64,000 bases of DNA from Candidatus Heimdallarchaeota archaeon (GTDB lineage Archaea > Asgardarchaeota > Heimdallarchaeia > Heimdallarchaeales > Heimdallarchaeaceae). The DNA lies in contig JAAFKI010000045.1 of the NCBI GenBank assembly GCA_021399345.1, forward strand, positions 51,228-115,227, given 5' to 3'. This document shows, piece by piece, positions 55,059 to 61,447 of the stretch. The notes under the pieces were generated by a model. The model was not told the origin of the DNA. It did no database searches and saw only the letters and a list, made by a program, of their open reading frames with translations. The position numbers and the translations under genes were made by a program. Numbering within the stretch: position 1 is the first letter of the stretch; the number at the start of each line of letters is the position of its first letter.

Positions 55059-56552
55059 ATGAATATAAAAAGAACAGCTATTCTAGTTTTCTTAATTGCG
55101 TCGATATCATTAGGTTCAGCCGTTTTTATGATTAACGCTGAAGTAGATACTGCTAACCCATCAAATCCAACACTTGATGCAGTTACCTTAACCATTGTTA
55201 CTCGACATGATACAACTTTAACAAATGCATTTGAAGCTGCTTTCCTGGCAACACCAGAAGCGATTGCATTAGGTATTACTGACATTGATTTCAGACAAGC
55301 TACAACAGATAGCGGATGGAAGAAGCTTCTAGAGGATCCTTCGAAATCTGTGGATCTTGGATGGGGTGGTGGTCCAGCTTTGTTCAACACTATGGATAAT
55401 TGGGGTTTGTTAAAACACATTGACCCTGTAACTGATGCTACTTTATTTACAGCAATAAACGACAGTGTTCCTGCTAAATTAGCAGGTGCAAGTATGAAGT
55501 CGTTTGCACCAAATGGAAGTCTTGTTTGGGCAGCAAATGCTATCTCTTCTTTTGGTTTTACTGTTAATCATGATTTCTTAACCACTCATGCTCTTCCAGT
55601 TCCAACCTCTTGGGAAGAATTAGCTAGTCCAATTTACTACATCAGTCCCAGTGTTAAAGCTATTAGTATGGGCGATCCACCTTTAACCACATCCAATACA
55701 AGAATTTACCAAATTATCCTCCAAGCATTTGGTTGGGATGAAGGATGGTCAGTTCTGACAAGAATGGGTGCTAATTCAGGAATGTATCCAGGTTCAGTAG
55801 CTACAAGAGCTGCTGTAGTTAGTGGTGAAGTGGGAATTGCCATGACAATCGACTTTTATGGAATAATAGCCATGGGAGAGAATCTAGATTGTGAGTACAT
55901 AATCCCACAAGGTCAATCAATTGTCAATGGTGATCCTATCGCTATGGGTATCAATGTTGATGACTATGATGCTGCTGCAGCGTTTCTAACATATGTAAAT
56001 ACTCCTGAAGGTCAAGCTATCTGGTTAACTGCAGGTATAGACCGATTACCAGTTAATGAAGCTGCTTTTCACACCCCATTTGGACAATTAAGACCTGATT
56101 TATACTTACTATACAATGAAACACTGGCTAATATAGGTATAGACTTCGACGAAGATCTTGCTACTTCTAACTTAGCTACAACCATTTACTACTTCCACAA
56201 TACAATTGAACAACCTCACACCCTGCTAAGAAATACTTGGGGTGAGATGGTAACACAATTAAGAGATAATGAAATTAATAGTACATTCTTCAATGAACTA
56301 GTAGAAGATCTCGGAGTACCGGGAATGACCTTGCAGGAATCTATAGACTGGAATACGCAATATCAATTGAATGCAACTTTTTCTGCAATAAAAGATGGAG
56401 AATGGAGAACTTTCGCTCAAACAAAGTATAATACTATACTTGGAATTTTGATTCCAGAAACAGAAACGACAAATGCTTTTGGTATGATCCCTATTTTCAT
56501 TACATCAATTTTTGTGGCTACAATGGTTTTACTTAGGAAAAAGAAGAAGTAA
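55059..56552 (+). CDS. ABC-transporter solute-binding protein (family 1, iron/thiamine/polyamine-type layout) with TNAF-type C-terminal anchor
   Basis: The ATG at 55059 gives the signal/TM MNIKRTAILVFLIASISLGSAVFMINA. It has a two-lobe SBP-like sequence (LGWGGGPALFN, SWEELASPIY, IVNGDPIAMG) and sits next to a duplicated-BPD permease. It ends ETTNAFGMIPIFITSIFVATMVLLRKKKK. Confidence 0.6.
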   Translation: MNIKRTAILVFLIASISLGSAVFMINAEVDTANPSNPTLDAVTLTIVTRHDTTLTNAFEAAFLATPEAIALGITDIDFRQATTDSGWKKLLEDPSKSVDLGWGGGPALFNTMDNWGLLKHIDPVTDATLFTAINDSVPAKLAGASMKSFAPNGSLVWAANAISSFGFTVNHDFLTTHALPVPTSWEELASPIYYISPSVKAISMGDPPLTTSNTRIYQIILQAFGWDEGWSVLTRMGANSGMYPGSVATRAAVVSGEVGIAMTIDFYGIIAMGENLDCEYIIPQGQSIVNGDPIAMGINVDDYDAAAAFLTYVNTPEGQAIWLTAGIDRLPVNEAAFHTPFGQLRPDLYLLYNETLANIGIDFDEDLATSNLATTIYYFHNTIEQPHTLLRNTWGEMVTQLRDNEINSTFFNELVEDLGVPGMTLQESIDWNTQYQLNATFSAIKDGEWRTFAQTKYNTILGILIPETETTNAFGMIPIFITSIFVATMVLLRKKKK

Positions 56553-56563
56553 ATACTGCTAAT

Positions 56564-56583
56564 TTTCTTTTTTTCTTTTTTTT
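56564..56583 (+). terminator. oligo-T tract downstream of the SBP gene
   Basis: ttttctttttttcttttttt directly after the stop at 56552. Archaeal terminators are typically T-runs. Confidence 0.35.
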
Positions 56584-56719
56584 GTGTTTCAATTACTTAT
56601 TCAGAAGATAATTATTTATTTATGTTTTCATATTTCTTTCATATTTTTTAAAAATAGGGATAAAATTCAAAAAGCATAAGGATATTACATCTCTATCTAA
56701 CCAAATTTGGTTGAATAAA

Positions 56720-59590
56720 ATGACTAGCTCTAGTAAAAAAACAAGTGAAGAGGGAAAGGGTAAAAAGAGAAGATCATTAATTGATTTTCTTTATGTTAAA
56801 CTATTACGAGAACCTTCGACAAATTTCATCATCGTCCTTGTGTCTTTTGTTTTTATTGTGTGGATGGTAATCCCATTATTCTCAGTTCTGTCTGGTGCTG
56901 TTTATTTCAATGGTCAGTGGTCTGGTGCGCCCATTGCTAATGTCTTTAATAGTACTGTATACTTCAATTTCCCAGGAGATGATCAAACCCAGTTCTTTTC
57001 AAAGGACAAACAAGATTATGGAGGTCCAGCAGAAGCAATTGCTGTTGATAATAATATTGCGTTTGTTGCCGAAAGAAGCGAAGGTATAGAGATTCTAGAT
57101 GTCTCGCAACATAATGAGACTACGGAAATAAGGCAGTATTACGAAGAAGTTAGTAGTTTCAATGAATTAGTTGTAAAAGATGACCTATTATACACTGCTG
57201 CAGGTAGAAGTGGATTGGTAATTTTTAACATTTCTAATGTTCGAGAAAGCTTTGCACCTATGTGTCATATGTATGATATAGCAGATACTACTGGTTTTAT
57301 CGCTGTTGAAAACAATTTAGCTATTCTAGATATCAATGGAAAGGGTTTCGCAATAATTGATGTTTCAAACCCAATAAATCCAACCATTCTATCTAATGTA
57401 ACCATTGATACAGATGTATTTGATATTGTTATTAATAATGACCTTGTCTATGTTGTAGGTTTCACAACAGGAGTTAAAATTTTTGACATTTCTGATCCAG
57501 AAAATCCCTCTGAGATAGCACATTATACAGATAATCCAGGAAATGGACTTTTAGAAACACAAGATATAGATATAGTTGGAGATTTAGCTTACATCACCTT
57601 AGGAAATGATGGACTAGGTATTTTCAACATTACAGACCCATTAAATATGACACTTGTTGAGTATCATGACGAAACTGTTGTTGGTAGATTATACGATGTT
57701 CAGATTGTAAACAATTATGGTTACTTTGTCTCTTTTGATTTCTCTTTGAATAATCTTGGTGTTCGAATTTTTGACATTACTGATCCATCAAATCTTGTAA
57801 GCATCAACAGCTATTATACAGTTGTGTATAAAACAGCAGATATTTTCATTGATACTACAACAAACCTCCTTTTCCTCGCTCAACTAAAAGGTGGAACTCA
57901 AATCCTAGATATGTCTCAAGTTTTAATTGAACTACCTCTGATCGCAGAATATGAAGATACTATAGAAATTACTGTTATAACTTTAAGTGGAAAAGATCAT
58001 GGTGTGGTTCTTAACACTATTATTCTTGGAATCTTGACTACTATTTTTTCAGTAATACTTGGTACAGCATTGGCTTTCGTTTTAGCAAGGTATGAATTTC
58101 CTGGAAAAAGACTTGTAAGTTTACTAGCACTTGCTCCTCTCATTATACCACCGTTCATATCAGGAATGGGTTTCAGGTTAATTCTAGGACCTAATGGATT
58201 TCTAAATAACTTCTTCTTAATTCCAGCATTCCAAACAAAGCTAATCTTCTCAGGGCTGTTTGCAATTGTGTTTGTTCAAACATCTCATTTCTATGCTTTA
58301 GTTTATCTCAATGCTTTTTCATCCTTCTTGAACATAGATCCAAGCATGGAAGAATCAGCAGAGAATCTTGGAGCAGGAAAATTTCGTTTATTCTCCACTG
58401 TTACTTTGCCATTGGCTATGCCAGGAATCGGGGCTGGAGCAATATTAGTTTTGATTCTTTCTATGGAAGATGTAGGAACCCCAATCATCTTTACAGCAAT
58501 GGGAGATACAGCTGCTAGTAAATTTCTACCTTACTTTGTATTTTCAGAATACAAGAAAGCAGGAGCTGCAGAGATTAAACCGGAGGTCTGTGTATTAGGA
58601 GGTATACTCCTTATTATTGCACTTGTTGGGTTCTTTGCGATTCGGAAGTATGTATCTTTACGAACGTATTCAATGGTAAGTAAAGGTAGAGCAGGACAAT
58701 ACAGGATGTCTAAAGCTAAATGGAAGTTATTCTATATCTATCCATTCTTGATCTTACTATTTGCATTCTCATTATTAGTACATACGGGAGTCATCCTGAT
58801 GTCGTTTATGGAAACGCTTGGAGGTACGAAGCCCTCAGATATAGTTTTCACGAGTGAAAACTACAAAGTGATATTTGTATCTTCAACGTATAATATACCA
58901 CCGTATATAATCAACACATTAGTTTATAGCGTCCTTGCTACACTTTTAATTATCGTAATTGGTTCAGTTGCCGCGTATGTTGTAGCCAGAAAGGAGTTTA
59001 GAGGGAAGAAGATTTTAGATGCACTTGTAACATTACCTATTGCAATCCCAGGTATTGTCTTAGCCATTGGTTATTATCGAACTTTTGATTGGAGTGGTAT
59101 AGCAAATAGGAATCCTTCATGGTTCACCAAAATGATGGCCAACATCACAGCAGGATTGAAGTTAGATCCATTCATTGGGGTTGCAGTAACGCTGCTAATA
59201 ATGAGCTATACAATAAGAAAAATACCATTTACGGTACGATCAGCGTATGCGGGTTTACAACAAGTGGATCCAGTTCTAGAAGAAGCTTCCATCAATTTAG
59301 GTGCTTCTAGAATGAGAACTTTTTCAAGGATTACTATACCATTAATTTCCCTCAATATATTCGCTGGTTCGCTGGTTTCCTTCTTATATTGTCTATCAGA
59401 AGTCTCTACGACGATATTTTTGATATTCTCATCAAAAGCTGGAACAATAACATGGTACATGGCATGGAATCCATTAAAATTCCAAATTTTCTGTGCTATA
59501 GGAGTACTTCTAATGTTATTGCAAATAACCAGTCTCTTCATAACAAATGTAATACTAGGCTCTCGAGCAGAAGCAATCACAGGGATATAA
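56720..59590 (+). CDS. double-domain ABC permease (FbpB/ThiP-like, two EAA loops) with a ~300-aa seven-repeat LVIVD beta-propeller inserted after TM1
   Basis: TM1 is NFIIVLVSFVFIVWMVIPLF. Seven repeats follow:
- IAVDNNIAFVAERSEGIEILDVS
- LVVKDDLLYTAAGRSGLVIFNIS
- IAVENNLAILDINGKGFAIIDVSNP
- IVINNDLVYVVGFTTGVKIFDISDP
- IDIVGDLAYITLGNDGLGIFNITDP
- VQIVNNYGYFVS...GVRIFDITDP
- IFIDTTTNLLFLAQLKGGTQILDMS

Permease cores with EESAENLGAGKFRLF and LEEASINLGASRMRTF come after the repeats. Confidence 0.8.
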   Translation: MTSSSKKTSEEGKGKKRRSLIDFLYVKLLREPSTNFIIVLVSFVFIVWMVIPLFSVLSGAVYFNGQWSGAPIANVFNSTVYFNFPGDDQTQFFSKDKQDYGGPAEAIAVDNNIAFVAERSEGIEILDVSQHNETTEIRQYYEEVSSFNELVVKDDLLYTAAGRSGLVIFNISNVRESFAPMCHMYDIADTTGFIAVENNLAILDINGKGFAIIDVSNPINPTILSNVTIDTDVFDIVINNDLVYVVGFTTGVKIFDISDPENPSEIAHYTDNPGNGLLETQDIDIVGDLAYITLGNDGLGIFNITDPLNMTLVEYHDETVVGRLYDVQIVNNYGYFVSFDFSLNNLGVRIFDITDPSNLVSINSYYTVVYKTADIFIDTTTNLLFLAQLKGGTQILDMSQVLIELPLIAEYEDTIEITVITLSGKDHGVVLNTIILGILTTIFSVILGTALAFVLARYEFPGKRLVSLLALAPLIIPPFISGMGFRLILGPNGFLNNFFLIPAFQTKLIFSGLFAIVFVQTSHFYALVYLNAFSSFLNIDPSMEESAENLGAGKFRLFSTVTLPLAMPGIGAGAILVLILSMEDVGTPIIFTAMGDTAASKFLPYFVFSEYKKAGAAEIKPEVCVLGGILLIIALVGFFAIRKYVSLRTYSMVSKGRAGQYRMSKAKWKLFYIYPFLILLFAFSLLVHTGVILMSFMETLGGTKPSDIVFTSENYKVIFVSSTYNIPPYIINTLVYSVLATLLIIVIGSVAAYVVARKEFRGKKILDALVTLPIAIPGIVLAIGYYRTFDWSGIANRNPSWFTKMMANITAGLKLDPFIGVAVTLLIMSYTIRKIPFTVRSAYAGLQQVDPVLEEASINLGASRMRTFSRITIPLISLNIFAGSLVSFLYCLSEVSTTIFLIFSSKAGTITWYMAWNPLKFQIFCAIGVLLMLLQITSLFITNVILGSRAEAITGI

Positions 59591-59616
59591 TCCCTTCCAA
59601 TTTTTCTTTTTTTTAG

Positions 59617-60072
59617 TTATTCTAATTGACCCCAGGTTAGAAATTTACCATCTTTCCTTTTGACTAAAACAGTACCAAATTTTCTCCATTGTTCTTCTCG
59701 GAATCTTACGATACTAAAATCAGCTGGTTCTTTTTTCTTCTTGTTACTTTTGAGAATTTCAATTTTCTTTTTTACATTTTCAAAAAATATCTTGGAAATA
59801 AACTTGCCTTCCTTAGGTTGGTTTTCTATATTACTTGCTGTTTCAATAATTTGTTCTATTGGAAGAAATCCAAAACTAGCAATATGTTTTGTGGTATAAA
59901 CAGACCCTGGACAGAATGATTCTTCTTTATTGTCTTTTTTACATTCATTACAAAATACTAATTGACATCGATCACAAACTTCCCACCCTTCTAGTGCAGC
60001 ATCTCTTAGAGTTTTCATCTGATTACAGAAAGTACAACGAATATAGCAATAGATTGCTTCTTGTTCCTTCAA
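59617..60072 (-). CDS. Cys-rich zinc-binding protein (three CxxC pairs + C/H), last gene of the SMC-like operon
   Basis: CYIRCTFCNQM-x16-CDRCQLVFCNECKKDNKEESFCPGSVYTTKH gives the spacing CxxC-x16-CxxC-x4-CxxC-x9-C-x8-H. A basic C-terminal half follows. An apparent TTG start overlaps the upstream stop (TTGA). Confidence 0.5.
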   Translation of the reverse strand: MKEQEAIYCYIRCTFCNQMKTLRDAALEGWEVCDRCQLVFCNECKKDNKEESFCPGSVYTTKHIASFGFLPIEQIIETASNIENQPKEGKFISKIFFENVKKKIEILKSNKKKKEPADFSIVRFREEQWRKFGTVLVKRKDGKFLTWGQLE

Positions 60073-60674
60073 ACCCTTCTGAACTCCTCTACAATTTTGT
60101 TTCTCTCCTCATCACCAAACTCAATGTATGCTCGATAATTATATTCCCATTCATTCTGTCTCTTCTTGATATATCCAAGTCTTGTTAAATTCCTCAAACT
60201 ATTATCTACAAGGTATTCCTTCATCCTGCCAGTGACTACCAATTTTTCTTTAATCCTCTCTGTAGTTATTAGTTTTTGTTTATCACTTTCTAGATAAGCA
60301 ATTATAGTTCCCAATACTATTAATTCAGGAGATTGTAAATCAGAAGGCGCGTAATGAGAGGATCTTAAGCAATACCACTTTTCACTATCCATGTCATAAT
60401 CAATTACATTTAGTCCTAAAATTTGAACAAATGATTTGTATTCATCAATTGTTTCACGTAAGGTTTGAACATCAAAACGTGTTGCCAATAATAAATCAAG
60501 TTCAGAACAACCAAAAACAGTCACTTTATCTTTTATCCACTTTCTAGATAAAATTGTAGTTAACTCTCTAAATAGTTCTCCTTTTTCTTCATCTGAAATA
60601 GAAGAAGGTAAGAAATTATTTTCTTCAGCAATCTCATTTGAATCAATGGATTGATCCAGATGATTTTCTTCCAT
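60069..60674 (-). CDS. winged-helix-type protein, candidate KITE-like SMC partner
   Basis: 201 aa with an acidic N-terminus. LIVLGTIIAYLESDKQKLITTERIKEKLVVTGRMKEYLVDNSLRNLTRLGYIKKRQNEWEY looks like a winged helix. It is tightly packed between the two flanking operon genes. Confidence 0.4.
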   Translation of the reverse strand: MEENHLDQSIDSNEIAEENNFLPSSISDEEKGELFRELTTILSRKWIKDKVTVFGCSELDLLLATRFDVQTLRETIDEYKSFVQILGLNVIDYDMDSEKWYCLRSSHYAPSDLQSPELIVLGTIIAYLESDKQKLITTERIKEKLVVTGRMKEYLVDNSLRNLTRLGYIKKRQNEWEYNYRAYIEFGDEERNKIVEEFRRV

Positions 60675-60676
60675 TA

Positions 60677-61447
60677 TTAGTCACGCTCTACTTTTGAGTT
60701 CTTAGGTGAGAGGAGAACTGAACTAGAAACAACACCAGATTCCTCATCCTCTATTTCAGTTTGAAAAATCAGTACATCATTCTCTAAAAAAACATGGATC
60801 TTTTTCTCACTTATCATTTTAGATAAAATTTCTGCTTCTAAAGATGTCAAAAGTTCGTTAATCTTCACCTTTTTGATTCTTTTACCTATCAGTTTGTCCT
60901 TAATTATATTTTCAATATTCAAGATTTCACCTTTATCTATAAAATTAGTTGTTAATTTCTTAAAGAAATTTTGGTATTTTTTCACAAAAAGCTCAATATT
61001 TTCAATTGATTCCAATTCAATGATTTCTTCTGTTAGAGCATTTAATGGTTCTTCATAAGATGTTTGAGTTGTTCCTGAGAAATAAGTTATAGGAACACAT
61101 AAACTTCTTACTTTGTCTGCAAAGGTTTTCAACCTTTCTTGAGGATAAAGCAGCTGTTCTAGAAAATCATTTTCTCTCAAATCATTCATTTTGATAAAAT
61201 CTTCATAAAGAGCAGAATCCAGCAGATTTTCTTTTTTGTTCTGCAAATATAGATATGCATCAGAAACTTTAGACCGATCTTCCTCTGATTCTAGAAGTCT
61301 CACGATTTCTTTTTTTCTTATCGATCTACCATATTTCCTCTTGAGCTCGAAAACTAGTTGAAATATGTTCTCAACCCATTCTCTATTTTCTTCTATGTAA
61401 GCAGAAATTGTATCAGAACTTTCATCTAGAATATCTTGATCTGTCAT
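60677..61447 (-). CDS. acidic protein, candidate kleisin-like SMC partner
   Basis: 256 aa. The ATG overlaps the SMC-like stop (ATGA). The C-terminal LLTSLEAEILSKMISEKKIHVFLENDVLIFQ resembles the ScpA C-terminal wH (..LELvk.g.i.l.Qe..f.dI.i). The N-terminus lacks the canonical ScpA GPLDLL motif. Confidence 0.35.
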   Translation of the reverse strand: MTDQDILDESSDTISAYIEENREWVENIFQLVFELKRKYGRSIRKKEIVRLLESEEDRSKVSDAYLYLQNKKENLLDSALYEDFIKMNDLRENDFLEQLLYPQERLKTFADKVRSLCVPITYFSGTTQTSYEEPLNALTEEIIELESIENIELFVKKYQNFFKKLTTNFIDKGEILNIENIIKDKLIGKRIKKVKINELLTSLEAEILSKMISEKKIHVFLENDVLIFQTEIEDEESGVVSSSVLLSPKNSKVERD

